Virus record (IMG/VR): IMGVR_UViG_3300000162_000007
Coordinates: 1 to 55,779 of that record
Length of the DNA: 55,779 bases
Reading direction: 5' to 3' (one strand)
From: a virus
Lineage: Duplodnaviria > Caudoviricetes
A program made the position numbers and the translations under genes. Under the pieces are notes generated by a model, which ran no database searches, was not told the origin of the DNA, and worked only from the letters and a program-made list of their open reading frames with translations. This document shows positions 14,722 to 25,533 of the stretch, one piece after another (within the stretch, counting starts at the first letter, position 1; each line of letters starts with the position of its first letter).

Positions 14722-15938
14722 ATCCACATTGGTTCACAAAATGTTTTATCTGCTGCTTCTCTAGCTTTTTCTAATGCTTCTTCCGTATATCTATCTTCAT
14801 CACCCTCTATAATTGCTCCTGCTCCTGCAGAACCAGGTCTTTTGGCCATTTCCATACCAATACACCCTAAGTATTCTGCTCCCTCTTGTTGCTCCAAGAA
14901 TTCGTTCATAGGAGTAGTGATTGCTCTATATCCTTTATCCGTTCCTTTTGAACTTGCATACACATCTGCAATATTTACAATTAGTGTTCCACCCTTTTTA
15001 AGTGCTTTCCAAATCTTTCCCAATGCTTTGTGTAAGAATTGTTCGTTCCAGTCATCAATTGTTTTATACCTAACCCAGCTTTGTGTATCATCATAAGAAT
15101 ACCTTTCCACACTAAAATAAGGAGGACTAGTGAAAGCGATATCGAAATAGTTATCATATCCAGCGTAGTCAAAATCCTCAGCTGGACTCTCCACAAAAGT
15201 AGCTTGCTTTTCGATTTCAAAAAATCCATTATTCTTCTTATAGAAATCAGCCTGTTGTCTATAAATAGGATGATTTTCTTTACGCGGGTCTATACCAACA
15301 TAGTGTTTACCATATTCACTTGCATAAAAACCACACAATCTATCACCCCAACCAGCTGCAAAATCTAATACTGTCTCTGCTTTAAAGTAATCATATAGTG
15401 CTTTTGCTACATTTGGTTTGAACTGAGAACAAATGTATTTACGGAGTGACAATGCTACTCTTAATGAACCTCTATTTATTTCATCGAACTTTAGGGTATA
15501 CATTGCACCCATTAAAGTTACCATAAATTCATAGGTTCTCCAAGTTCTATCTGGTCCAGGTGATACTGTCCCATCCACACCCCATCTATTAGCTTGTTGA
15601 AAATAATTTGAAGCTTGATTTCCGGTATTAATTCTTCGGAAGTATAATTGCTTTCCTTCAAATCCTAAACCAAATCTGCTATCCCCAGCCTTACGAATAA
15701 ACCATTCATCATCTCTCAATAATTCATTCCATCTGGTTTTCTTTAATGCCAAGTATTCTTTACGGGCATCATCTTCACTAATTTCTTGATATGGAAGTGG
15801 GTAGTCCATAGCTATTTTAGCTAAGGACTCACACACATCCTCTTTATTAAAAGTAGTTTGAATATATTTCCATTGTTCTGCATCTATGTACAGATATGGA
15901 GACATATTTTTGAATTGGTCAAAGTAATCTAAATACAT
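14706..15938 (-). CDS. Putative amino (N4-C/N6-A) DNA methyltransferase
   Basis: SAM-binding LDFAAGWGDRL and GIDP; catalytic FTSPPYF. Confidence 0.85.
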   Translation of the reverse strand: MYLDYFDQFKNMSPYLYIDAEQWKYIQTTFNKEDVCESLAKIAMDYPLPYQEISEDDARKEYLALKKTRWNELLRDDEWFIRKAGDSRFGLGFEGKQLYFRRINTGNQASNYFQQANRWGVDGTVSPGPDRTWRTYEFMVTLMGAMYTLKFDEINRGSLRVALSLRKYICSQFKPNVAKALYDYFKAETVLDFAAGWGDRLCGFYASEYGKHYVGIDPRKENHPIYRQQADFYKKNNGFFEIEKQATFVESPAEDFDYAGYDNYFDIAFTSPPYFSVERYSYDDTQSWVRYKTIDDWNEQFLHKALGKIWKALKKGGTLIVNIADVYASSKGTDKGYRAITTPMNEFLEQQEGAEYLGCIGMEMAKRPGSAGAGAIIEGDEDRYTEEALEKAREAADKTFCEPMWIWKKN

Positions 15939-17566
15939 TAATTTAATTTTAAAAATCCTTTAGTATTGCCATTTACTAAATCTTTATATTTAACAATCCA
16001 AAACGTTTCTGGATTTAATTTTGTATTTTCTAATACCTTTTTTGCAAAATTTCTTTTAGTTGTATTTCGTTTAAATTCATCCACTACAATTATATTGTAT
16101 TTTGCAACACCGGCTATACCACGTGTTAATGCACCATCTACATGTTCGGTATCTTCTGAACCATTCATAAATTCACAATGGATTATATTTTCTCCATTTG
16201 TATTACTAATAACTAAATCAAATTCTCTACCTAAATAGTTTTGTCTTACTGAATAATTACTTTCATCTACCAATTCTTGGTCAGTTAATTCATTATTAGA
16301 TAATTTTCTGAATGATGTTAATAAGGTTGCATTTAATATAGTTGAGGTATCGCCTGTTAAGTTATTAACAATATCATCCACTTTTATATCTTCACCTTTA
16401 GAAGAAGAATATTGTTTGGATTTATCATTTTGTATAAGTTGTTTGTGATATAAAGTACATGCTGCTGTTAAATCTGGATCTATATCAGATGTTTTAATTG
16501 TACTATATTGTAAATCTCCTATTTTTTCTACAAAAATTAAGTTTGTATAATACGCTTCATCCATGCCAACCTCTTTATGTACTTCTTTGTGTACAAGTTG
16601 TATACCATGTTTGTTAATGAATATCCATTTTGGATTTTGAGGTCTCCAATGTTTGGGATTTTTTTTCAGTAAATATTCAGGCTTTGTACAATTCATTAAT
16701 TGAGTCCATTCAATTCCATCTTTTTTCTCATTTAATAATTTGTAATAATATATATCCATTTTAACACCAGAATTTGGTATTAATTCAACATTAGAACCTA
16801 TCTTTTCAAGATCGGAATAATGCATTGGTACTTTTTTTCCTATTACAGTTTTTCCTTGTTTAACATCTACCAATGTAGGATATAATATGTGTTTAGTTTC
16901 ATACTTAACATTCTTAAATAAAAACCATGCATTAAAATTATGTACATTCATAAATGCAGCATTTAATGAATCCATTATATTTTCAGGTTCATGTTCAAGT
17001 TTTAAGTTACAATCTTTCCATCTTTTTATAGAAATAAAAAATGAAGGTATTCCATTTTTAAATTCATTAGTAAAGGTAAGTTCTTTATATGCATCTATAT
17101 CAATTTCATATTCATGTATTGTTACGATTTCTAATTTATCTAAATAGTTAAATGTAACATCATTATCAATATTTCCATAATCCCATTCTCTAAGTAAATA
17201 TTTATCGTTTTCAATACTACATTGATATTCAGGAATACCATGTTTATATACAAATACTTTACTACCACCAACACCCCAAAATCCAGTTCTAGAATTATCA
17301 GTTTTTGGAAAAGTATAGTTTATAAATTTCTTATTTAAAGTTTCCCAAGATAATGGATTTCCATTATTACCATATCTGATGTGAGATTCATTTAATATGA
17401 CTCCCAGTTCAGTACCATTATGATCTTTTGTATTATGTGCAATTTCATCTAAATAAGTTGAACTAATATCAATATTAGTATCACCTTTATATTGTGAATA
17501 AGCAGCGAGTTCATTATGAGTGAGAACTCTAACATTAGGGGTTTCAATCTTCTTTTTAAATTCCAT
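15938..17566 (-). CDS. Hypothetical protein with a divergent GHKL-type ATPase N-terminus and a possible PD-(D/E)XK-like C-terminus
   Basis: LDEIAHNTKD, YGNNGNPL and TGFWGVGGS resemble GHKL N/G1/G2 boxes; REFDLVI...IIHCEF near the C-terminus. Confidence 0.5.
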   Translation of the reverse strand: MEFKKKIETPNVRVLTHNELAAYSQYKGDTNIDISSTYLDEIAHNTKDHNGTELGVILNESHIRYGNNGNPLSWETLNKKFINYTFPKTDNSRTGFWGVGGSKVFVYKHGIPEYQCSIENDKYLLREWDYGNIDNDVTFNYLDKLEIVTIHEYEIDIDAYKELTFTNEFKNGIPSFFISIKRWKDCNLKLEHEPENIMDSLNAAFMNVHNFNAWFLFKNVKYETKHILYPTLVDVKQGKTVIGKKVPMHYSDLEKIGSNVELIPNSGVKMDIYYYKLLNEKKDGIEWTQLMNCTKPEYLLKKNPKHWRPQNPKWIFINKHGIQLVHKEVHKEVGMDEAYYTNLIFVEKIGDLQYSTIKTSDIDPDLTAACTLYHKQLIQNDKSKQYSSSKGEDIKVDDIVNNLTGDTSTILNATLLTSFRKLSNNELTDQELVDESNYSVRQNYLGREFDLVISNTNGENIIHCEFMNGSEDTEHVDGALTRGIAGVAKYNIIVVDEFKRNTTKRNFAKKVLENTKLNPETFWIVKYKDLVNGNTKGFLKLN

Positions 17567-17638
17567 AATTAATTATATTTTTAGTGTTTAATATAATCAA
17601 ATATACCAAAAAAGATTGAAACCGCCAAATAATTTAGG

Positions 17639-17911
17639 TTATTTTACTGCTTCATTTATAGCATTTACATATGCTATCTTAGAACTCAACCCAGTAAAGC
17701 GTTCTATCACTTCACCATCTTTCTCAATAATTACGGTAGGAACTGATGTTACTCCGTATTTTTGTGTTTCTTCTGTAAATTCATCTACATCATATTCTTC
17801 AAATACTACATTAGAATTACTACTGAAACTTTCTTTAATTTGCACCAACACTGGAGCTAATGCTCTACACGGTCCACACCATGTTGCACCAAATTTTTTA
17901 ACTGTTACCAT
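17639..17911 (-). CDS. trxA: Thioredoxin
   Basis: ATWCGPC active site and SVPT; likely start MVTVKK at 17911. Confidence 0.93.
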   Translation of the reverse strand: MVTVKKFGATWCGPCRALAPVLVQIKESFSSNSNVVFEEYDVDEFTEETQKYGVTSVPTVIIEKDGEVIERFTGLSSKIAYVNAINEAVK

Positions 17912-18620
17912 TTGTTTTGTTTTTAAATTCTTCATAGTGTTCCAATAATGCATCGACTACCGGATGTCTATGATTTGTTAATAATGTTTGTGAGTCCATA
18001 TCTTTAACTTTCTTAGCTACTCTTAATAAGAAATTGAACCCACTCTCTCCTTTATATTTTAAGTCAACTTGTGCGGAGTCTCCACAAATTACCATCTTAC
18101 TTCTAATACCTAAACGGGAAGTTATCATTTCCATCTGATCGTTAGTACAGTTTTGTGCTTCATCTACTATAATAAATGCATCTAAAAATGTTCTACCTCT
18201 CATAAATGCTAAAGGTACAATTTCAACTTGACCACTTTCTAAAATTTCATCAATTTTTTCTTTGTTATATAATTGATAAAAATTTGAATAAATTGGTTGC
18301 ATCCAAGGTTCCATTTTCTCTCTTAAATCACCAGGTAAAAACCCAATTTCTTCTTTACTTACCGTCGGTCTAGTAATAATTATTTTACTTACCGTCTTTT
18401 TAAATAACATATCTAATGCAGTTTGGCAAGCTAATAGTGTTTTACCACTACCAGCCTTACCACTCAATATTGTAATTGCATTGTTTAGGATTTTATCCTT
18501 TGCTATTTTTTGTTCTTCGTTTAATACGATTTGAAACTTTATCGGCCCTTTTGGTTTCTGCTTATCTTCTCTAATTTTCTCTGTCAATTCTTTGTGTTTT
18601 GTTGATTGATTTTCTGCCAT
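17898..18620 (-). CDS. phoH: PhoH-family ATPase
   Basis: GKAGSGKT, GFLPG, FMRGRTF, DEAQN, GDSAQVD and HRHP motifs. Confidence 0.96.
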   Translation of the reverse strand: MAENQSTKHKELTEKIREDKQKPKGPIKFQIVLNEEQKIAKDKILNNAITILSGKAGSGKTLLACQTALDMLFKKTVSKIIITRPTVSKEEIGFLPGDLREKMEPWMQPIYSNFYQLYNKEKIDEILESGQVEIVPLAFMRGRTFLDAFIIVDEAQNCTNDQMEMITSRLGIRSKMVICGDSAQVDLKYKGESGFNFLLRVAKKVKDMDSQTLLTNHRHPVVDALLEHYEEFKNKTNGNS

Positions 18621-18796
18621 AAAGATTCTAATTTAGTATTACCTTTTACATATTTTGGTTCAAAAGGACAATGGCGGCACTTACTACCACAGCAACTACC
18701 TCTTGCCATATGATACTCTGGAGTAAATACCACCTTTCCATTTTCCAAATAATAAAATTTTTCATCTGTTATTTTTGATTGTCCCATAAATTCCAC
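18584..18796 (-). CDS. Small Cys-rich protein (DUF5522-like)
   Basis: RGSCCGSKCRHCPF motif. Confidence 0.8.
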   Translation of the reverse strand: MEFMGQSKITDEKFYYLENGKVVFTPEYHMARGSCCGSKCRHCPFEPKYVKGNTKLESLWQKINQQNTKN

Positions 18797-18826
18797 TCAC
18801 TATGTTTTGAACTAACCCGTCGTGCA

Positions 18827-20683
18827 TTACTTCACCTCACACGCTCCACCTGCACACGCTAACTCACCACTTAAGTCTGTATTATCCTCTAACTCAACTA
18901 CTTGTGACAAATCCACATCGTGCAGAACTTTCATTAGTTCTTCGTATTTTTCTTTAGTACAATCTTCGAATGGTGCTTGAATATAAGTTCCACCATCGTA
19001 AGGTAATACTGAAAGACCATTGTAGTGTTCTTTGTTTTCCCACATCCACTGTCCAACTGCACCCCACTCATGCTCTCTAATAGATATAGTAGCACTTACA
19101 TTATGAGAATTATTTCCGTTTCTATGCCCAGGTTTAATCCATTCTTGGTGAACTCTCTTAACTCTTTCTAATAATTGAATTGGAGATTCAGTTCTAAAAA
19201 TTGCATCTGCTGGTGCCTTTTGTGGAATACCAATTACTGCTGTATCATGCGGTCTAAAATATTCATCTTCGATAAGTTCAGGATGATTCAATACTAAATA
19301 ATTGTAGATTGATTCATTTTTACCAACTCTTACTCTACGAATGTAATAATCATTATGCCAAGCGTGAATTCCAGATGATGTTCCTAAAGTTAATGATGTT
19401 GTTCCTGCAGGTTTTACAGTCGTTGTTCTTGCTGAGTGGTTGATACCTAATATATCTGCTACTCTAGCGTTCTCAACTTTAACAGTCTTTGCAGCTGCTT
19501 TCATATCTAATTTTAATACTGCTCCACTTCCTATACCTGTCATAGATACTCCAATAAGTGCATCTTTTTCAGTTGTTCTTTGCCAAATTGGTCTTAAGTA
19601 ATGGAAATCAGTATAACCTGCTTGCAATGTTCCGATGAATGATGCTGCTTTTACTCTTGCATTTAAATCATCCTGGTCAACTACATCACTTACATTTACT
19701 TCACATAAGTTACAGAATTGGAAAGGTCTTAATGCAATCTCACAACAAGGATTAGTTCCCCAATCTTTATCGTTTGATAAGTAGATACCGGGTTCACCTG
19801 CTCCACTTGCTTCAATTCTTTTCCACAAGTCCATAAAGTAATCTTTAGTGATTTTGTGTCTCATTAATACCGCGGAGTTATTTGCTCTACCTCTTTGTGG
19901 ATTTGTTTCCCACCAAGCACCACTCTTACAGCTAATCATTTGTTCATCAGTTGCAGAGAATAATGAAATCAATGCTGCTCTTCTAATACCACCTGCTAAT
20001 ACTGCATCTGCAATATGGCACACAATATCATGAACTTCAATTGGTTTTAATTTATCACCATCTTTTTTAGAATCTAAGATACCTTCAATTTTAATTAAAC
20101 ACTCTTTTAGGGGTTGAGGTCCTGGTGCTTTACCACCACTTGTAATTAAACGAGCACCCTTAGCTCTAATATCTCTAAAATCAAATACTGGCTTTGACCC
20201 ACCAAAGAAATAAGATTTAACTAATACTGAAATTGAATCAGCCCATCCTTCGATAGAATCACCAATTAAAAATCTTCTTGTCTTATCTGCGTTTGGTTTT
20301 CTGATTTCAGGTAATGCATCAACATGATGTTGTTGTACTGAATATCCTACTCCTGTTCCACCTAATAATAGGAACATAATTTCTGAAAATACTCTCCAGT
20401 CATCTATCGGTGCAAAAGCACAATTGTAGATTCTGTTTGGACTCATTTCGATTGGTTTACCTGCAAACTGCATTGAACGCATTGATGGTAAAACCTTTTT
20501 GTCATAAACGAACTTATAGTTCTCTTTGATTGCTTCTTCTAATTGTGGGTACGTTTTAATATGCATATTCATATTTCTCGTAACCAATTCTTCCCATGTC
20601 TCTCTCCTTTGTAATTCCGGTTGAAATTTTGCGTATTTCATATAAACCGTAATGTCCGAAAGGATTCTTTGTGAAATGTCCAT
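18827..20683 (-). CDS. nrdJ: Class II (adenosylcobalamin-dependent) ribonucleotide reductase
   Basis: TNPCCEI, CNLCEVN, TVKPAGT and C-terminal ACAGGACEV; no small-subunit gene nearby. Confidence 0.92.
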   Translation of the reverse strand: MDISQRILSDITVYMKYAKFQPELQRRETWEELVTRNMNMHIKTYPQLEEAIKENYKFVYDKKVLPSMRSMQFAGKPIEMSPNRIYNCAFAPIDDWRVFSEIMFLLLGGTGVGYSVQQHHVDALPEIRKPNADKTRRFLIGDSIEGWADSISVLVKSYFFGGSKPVFDFRDIRAKGARLITSGGKAPGPQPLKECLIKIEGILDSKKDGDKLKPIEVHDIVCHIADAVLAGGIRRAALISLFSATDEQMISCKSGAWWETNPQRGRANNSAVLMRHKITKDYFMDLWKRIEASGAGEPGIYLSNDKDWGTNPCCEIALRPFQFCNLCEVNVSDVVDQDDLNARVKAASFIGTLQAGYTDFHYLRPIWQRTTEKDALIGVSMTGIGSGAVLKLDMKAAAKTVKVENARVADILGINHSARTTTVKPAGTTSLTLGTSSGIHAWHNDYYIRRVRVGKNESIYNYLVLNHPELIEDEYFRPHDTAVIGIPQKAPADAIFRTESPIQLLERVKRVHQEWIKPGHRNGNNSHNVSATISIREHEWGAVGQWMWENKEHYNGLSVLPYDGGTYIQAPFEDCTKEKYEELMKVLHDVDLSQVVELEDNTDLSGELACAGGACEVK

Positions 20684-20841
20684 TTTTTGTTTGTAATTTT
20701 TGTAAGGTTAATAAATAAAACTTTTTTCGAAAAAAGTGTGAAATGTAAGTATAACTATCAGTATATTCATATATAGATACCCATTTTGAATAAAAATAAT
20801 CGACTTTTTTTCATATTTTTTTCCACATTGTTTTATACTTA

Positions 20842-22200
20842 TTAACCCATATTTTCTATGTATTTTTTATGCAAAAGTTTCTTTTCTAAATTACTTCCAT
20901 TGTTAGATTCCTTTTGTGCCATCACCCCATCCGAAGATTGTGGTTCAAATACATCTATCAATCCAACCATAGTATCCATTTTAGCTGGGAATGTTAAACC
21001 ATCCGCGCCAAAACGATTTTTCATAACGTGAAACCTTGCTGTGTTACTTAATTTATCTTTTGCTTTTCTACTTACACTCATAATGAAATCTGCTGTCATT
21101 ACTTTTGCATAAGAATCCGCAATTGAATCGGCTTGAATAACTTCGAAATCAATAGCTGAACGATTGGTTTGCGATGCTGTCCAAATTGGCACACCCAACT
21201 CACCACTCAATCCTCTGATTTCTTCATATACACCACCTAACTCTGCATATGTACTATCTCTTTTGTTTACGGGTTTTAACAAATCAGCATAATCGATAAT
21301 AATTAAATCCGGTTTGAATCCGAATCCTTTGTACTTATCTAAATGTGCTTTGATTGTTTTCGTACTTGCTCCTCTTGGTGGATAGTATTTCACCATTAGG
21401 TTTGCTTTGTGGTTCTTAAGTTTTGCTACAACCTCATCCTTTCTATCTCTTAATTCGTTAGAAGGAATACCAGTCATAATAGTATCGTATCTTGTTCCCG
21501 CATAGATTTCGGATAACTCTAAAGTATAGTGCATTACATTGTAACCTGCTCTTACAGCATCGGCTGCAATTTTGCACAATACCCAAGTCTTACCCACACC
21601 ACTCGGTGCTACGATAACTCCTAATTCACCAGGTCCTAAACCACCATCCATTAGTTCGTTGATAGGTTTCCATCCAGTTGGTACTGAACTTCTCTTTGTA
21701 ACTTCCATACGAGCTGCAATATCCTTATAGTAATCATGTCCTAAATTGTTTTCCATTCCCGCTTTTAATGCGTTCTGAACTACAACTCCTATCTCATCCC
21801 AACTCTTTTCGGATTTGATTAGGTCTACTGATTGAAATATTGCGGCTTTTAATTTCTGAAACTTTGAGAACTTAATGAACTCCTGTTTTACAAACTCCAT
21901 ATCCTCTGCACCAAATACATCATAGATTTGTTTTATTCTATCTACAATTTGTTTCTTTTGTGATTCGGAACTTAAGGATGATAACTTTACTTTGAATACA
22001 TCAAGTGTAGGTGCGGCGAATTGTTTACTTTGGTAATCCAAAATAGTTTCGATAATCCACTTATCCTGTTCACTCTCAAAATAATCTTTGCTGGTAATTT
22101 CTGAAACTTGGTTAAGAAATGGTAGGTCGGATAATAATGCAGCGATGACTTTAGATTGGTACGATTGTCCAAATTTTTCTAATGTGTCTACTGCTTGCAT
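20842..22200 (-). CDS. Replicative DnaB-like helicase (T4 gp41-like)
   Basis: APSGVGKT, IIIDYADLL, TASQTNR and KNRFG motifs. Confidence 0.95.
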   Translation of the reverse strand: MQAVDTLEKFGQSYQSKVIAALLSDLPFLNQVSEITSKDYFESEQDKWIIETILDYQSKQFAAPTLDVFKVKLSSLSSESQKKQIVDRIKQIYDVFGAEDMEFVKQEFIKFSKFQKLKAAIFQSVDLIKSEKSWDEIGVVVQNALKAGMENNLGHDYYKDIAARMEVTKRSSVPTGWKPINELMDGGLGPGELGVIVAPSGVGKTWVLCKIAADAVRAGYNVMHYTLELSEIYAGTRYDTIMTGIPSNELRDRKDEVVAKLKNHKANLMVKYYPPRGASTKTIKAHLDKYKGFGFKPDLIIIDYADLLKPVNKRDSTYAELGGVYEEIRGLSGELGVPIWTASQTNRSAIDFEVIQADSIADSYAKVMTADFIMSVSRKAKDKLSNTARFHVMKNRFGADGLTFPAKMDTMVGLIDVFEPQSSDGVMAQKESNNGSNLEKKLLHKKYIENMG

Positions 22201-22352
22201 TACTTAGCCTCTTTTACTTCATTCTTAACTGGTCTTACTGCGGCTTTCCATTCACTTTTTGGAATGAATTTCCACTCACTTGTTGCGTTGTAAGCTTCTT
22301 TATCACTTACTCTAATAATTTTACCGGTCTTTGTACTTTTTAAACATTTCAT
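22200..22352 (-). CDS. Small basic hypothetical protein (MKCLKSTKTGKIIRV...)
   Basis: ATG at 22352; stop overlaps the helicase ATG. Confidence 0.7.
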   Translation of the reverse strand: MKCLKSTKTGKIIRVSDKEAYNATSEWKFIPKSEWKAAVRPVKNEVKEAK

Positions 22353-22377
22353 AGGTTGTTTCCTCCGTGTTTTTATT

Positions 22378-23406
22378 TTATTTATGTAATTTGGCGAATG
22401 TACTTTGAATCCAACTATTAACATCACCGAATGAATTAATAGTTCTCATACCCATTGCCTTTTTGATGAATCCTAATTTATCCAATTTTGCTGAATTATC
22501 CAAATATTTATCGTTAATTGTTAATTTCTTATTAGTAGGTATATCTGGATCGGATAATTGCATCAGCTTATAGTTTCTTTCAACTACTTTTTTACCATCT
22601 AATATTTTATCATAGAATTTGTTTTCACTTTTGCGTTCTTCACATAGTTCAAACATTCTATCTATCGTAATTTCCTTTTCTTCAACCACCTCTGGAAATC
22701 TCTTAATAATAGTTTTAAGCCCACACCCAGGAATACCATCAATGTTATCGGACTTATCACCATCAAGAGTACGATAAACCATAAAATTTGAGGGATGAAC
22801 ACCATACTCATCCACAACCATTTTTGTATCGTAAACTTTCTTTTTTGTTGGTGAATAGACTGTGACTTTTTCATTTACTAATTGTAGGAAGTCTTTATCG
22901 GCACTCATAATAACTGCCAATTCATCTTCTTTTAAAAGTTGAGATGCAATATAGCCCATAACATCATCTGCCTCAATACCATCGTATAGCATTATTTCCA
23001 CCGGTAGGTACTCTAGCAGTTCGATTAAACCAATCATTTGTCGTTTCATAGATACACCTTCCTCTTCTTTGTTCATCAAATCTGAGTATGCTCTATTCAC
23101 TCTAAAACGATTGTTTCCTCTATTCTCTTTGTAACCTGAATATAAATCTTTTCTACTTTTAGAACCACCCTTACCATCAAATACAATAATACAACGAGTT
23201 GCATTTTGTTCTCTAATAGCAAAACCAATTCCTTTTAAGAATCCAACTATGCCCCCAATGTGGTCTCCATTATCATCCATAGTAGGATTTACTGTCCAAC
23301 TTCTTATAAAGGTATTAAGACCATCAACAATTAATACCTTTTCTTTTCCCAATTGTTGATGGTCTTTTTCTACCTCGTTTAGTAACTTTTTGTATGTTTC
23401 GTTCAT
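22378..23406 (-). CDS. rnh: 5'-3' exonuclease / flap endonuclease (T4 RNase H-like)
   Basis: LIVDGLN, YKENR, EADD, SADKDFLQL and GDKSDNIDG motifs. Confidence 0.93.
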   Translation of the reverse strand: MNETYKKLLNEVEKDHQQLGKEKVLIVDGLNTFIRSWTVNPTMDDNGDHIGGIVGFLKGIGFAIREQNATRCIIVFDGKGGSKSRKDLYSGYKENRGNNRFRVNRAYSDLMNKEEEGVSMKRQMIGLIELLEYLPVEIMLYDGIEADDVMGYIASQLLKEDELAVIMSADKDFLQLVNEKVTVYSPTKKKVYDTKMVVDEYGVHPSNFMVYRTLDGDKSDNIDGIPGCGLKTIIKRFPEVVEEKEITIDRMFELCEERKSENKFYDKILDGKKVVERNYKLMQLSDPDIPTNKKLTINDKYLDNSAKLDKLGFIKKAMGMRTINSFGDVNSWIQSTFAKLHK

Positions 23407-23412
23407 AAACCT

Positions 23413-24534
23413 TTATTCTGTTTCGATATCTGGTTCTGGAATTTCTCCGCCACTATCATATGTAATATCATCCGGATCAATTCCTTCTTTTTTATATTGT
23501 AAGATTGTTGATTCACAAATCTTTCTATAAATTTGGTCTTTCAAATCTAATCTAGTATCCATCATATTAATGAAATCTTTAGATTGGAATTTGATAACTT
23601 CACCAGTATCAGTGTCTACATATTCGTACCATGCTCCACCTTGCTTAACTAATTTGTTATCTTTCATAACCTTTAACCAACCACCGAAATTATCAATACC
23701 TCTATCAAAGAAAATATCGAAATCTGCTGAACGTAATGGTGGTCCTAAACGATTCTTAATAACCTGTGCTCTTACTTTGATACCAATGATTCTCTCACCT
23801 GCTTTAATCTGTCCCATATTCTTTAAACGAATACGAACCGAAGCGTGGAATGCTAATGCTTTACCACCCGATGTAGTCCAAGGATCTCCGAACATAACAC
23901 CTAATTTTTGTCTCAACTGATTAGTAAAGATAACTGATATTTTTTGTCTACCAATTACATTAGTAATCTTTCTCATTGCTTTTGAAATGATAATGGCTTT
24001 GTCAGTTGCGTAACCATCTTTATCATAATCTGCATCCATCTCCTTTTTAGTTGATGCTGCGGCTACTGAATCGACTACGATTGTAACTAACTTATCCTTA
24101 TCACCCTTACGAACTTTCTCAATGATTGTATCAATTGTTTCGAAAATATCCTCAACTGTGTCTACTGAAACATATAACAATTTAGAAACATCTACTCCGA
24201 TTGCATCAAAGAACTCTCTACTTACTGCGGTTTCGGTATCAATCAATACTGCTACCCCACCTTGCTTTTGAGTTTCAGCTAGTAAGTGAGCTGATAATAA
24301 CGATTTACCACTTTGTTCTAAACCGGTAATTTCGGTTATTCTTCCTACGGGTAAACCCCCATAAGGTCTATTTGAAACCGCCACATCTAACATTGCTGTT
24401 CCAGTGGAAACCCAACCTGGTACATTGGTTGGGGCCCCATCGGAATCATCATCTAAAAAGTATGCTACCTTTTGGTCTTTCCACTTTTTATTTAGAGAGT
24501 CGGCTATTTCTTGTGCTAAGTCAATTTTAGCCAT
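23413..24534 (-). CDS. uvsX: RecA/UvsX recombinase
   Basis: GLEQSGKS, VVDSVAA, NQLRQK and TSGGKALAFHAS motifs. Confidence 0.95.
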   Translation of the reverse strand: MAKIDLAQEIADSLNKKWKDQKVAYFLDDDSDGAPTNVPGWVSTGTAMLDVAVSNRPYGGLPVGRITEITGLEQSGKSLLSAHLLAETQKQGGVAVLIDTETAVSREFFDAIGVDVSKLLYVSVDTVEDIFETIDTIIEKVRKGDKDKLVTIVVDSVAAASTKKEMDADYDKDGYATDKAIIISKAMRKITNVIGRQKISVIFTNQLRQKLGVMFGDPWTTSGGKALAFHASVRIRLKNMGQIKAGERIIGIKVRAQVIKNRLGPPLRSADFDIFFDRGIDNFGGWLKVMKDNKLVKQGGAWYEYVDTDTGEVIKFQSKDFINMMDTRLDLKDQIYRKICESTILQYKKEGIDPDDITYDSGGEIPEPDIETE

Positions 24535-24539
24535 AATAA

Positions 24540-25400
24540 TTATGAATTAAATAAATCATCAAATGCTGCTGCCACATCTACTTTAGGTGCTGGTGCAGGT
24601 GTTTCATCATCCCAAGGTAAATCGTTAACTAAACCTGTACCACCGATTTCAGGTGCTGCATCTTTAGTTACTAATTGTTCTTCAACTTTCTTTGGTTGAG
24701 GAGTTAATGTTTGTTGGGTAAATGAAGGAGTTGGGTTTTCCTCTTCAGCTGCTACGGCTGTTGGATTCAACCAATTCTCCAATACTGTCTTTAATTCAGG
24801 ATAAGATAACTCTGAATAAATGTCAGTAATGTTTGTCTGCTCATCTAATAATTTTGCAGCGGTTGCTCCATTATCATGTAATAGAGAAACATTTGGTTTT
24901 ACTCTGATTCGAGTTTCAGGATATGTTTTACCTGCTTCCTCTACGATTTCAATAACAATATCTCTACCAGTTTTTTCATCTGTAATATCACCGTAATCAG
25001 GATCTGCTACGATTGCTAAGATTTCTTGGTAAACGGTCTTACCGAATCCCCAAAACTTAACACCCTCAGCTTCTTGTCCTCTTACGATAACAGGAGCAAA
25101 TGTTCTTAATTTTGGTTCCATTTTCTTACCAGCTTTCCAGTTTTCAGTATCACCTAATTTCTTAAGTTTTTCTGCGAACTCTAAAATTGGGTCAGGTCTT
25201 CCAAAAGAAGCTGGACTCAAATAAGTTTTGTTGTTAATGTTGTAGTGAAATAAAAGTTCAATGAAAGGATTTTCTGTGTTGAACTTGTAAGGAACGATTC
25301 TAACTTGGTACTTTCCAGGTTTTGGTTTCCACAATGAATCTGTCTTTTTGGATGTGTTTTGCAACGAATTCAAACGCTGCTTGATTGCATTAATGTTCAT
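24540..25400 (-). CDS. Single-stranded DNA-binding protein (gp32-like)
   Basis: VRIVP, WGFGK and GDITD motifs; acidic C-terminus AFDDLFNS; sits before uvsX. Confidence 0.88.
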   Translation of the reverse strand: MNINAIKQRLNSLQNTSKKTDSLWKPKPGKYQVRIVPYKFNTENPFIELLFHYNINNKTYLSPASFGRPDPILEFAEKLKKLGDTENWKAGKKMEPKLRTFAPVIVRGQEAEGVKFWGFGKTVYQEILAIVADPDYGDITDEKTGRDIVIEIVEEAGKTYPETRIRVKPNVSLLHDNGATAAKLLDEQTNITDIYSELSYPELKTVLENWLNPTAVAAEEENPTPSFTQQTLTPQPKKVEEQLVTKDAAPEIGGTGLVNDLPWDDETPAPAPKVDVAAAFDDLFNS

Positions 25401-25501
25401 GCTGTTTTTGTTTTAAGTTTTAAAAATTGTTTGTTTTAAGTTTTAAGATTATCGCGATTAATCTCATAGATAAATATCAATAATCTCAATTTCTTATATA
25501 T

Positions 25502-25533
25502 CAAAGATATACTATTTTTTTGAGACGACCAAA
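25502..25533 (-). promoter_or_regulatory. Consensus Bacteroidota sigma70 promoter for the SSB/recombination operon
   Basis: TTTG-N20-TATCTTTG. Confidence 0.8.

Noticed and set aside
2496-24534. Inteins or introns in PolB, RNR, helicase or UvsX
   Set aside because: All are of normal length with continuous motifs.
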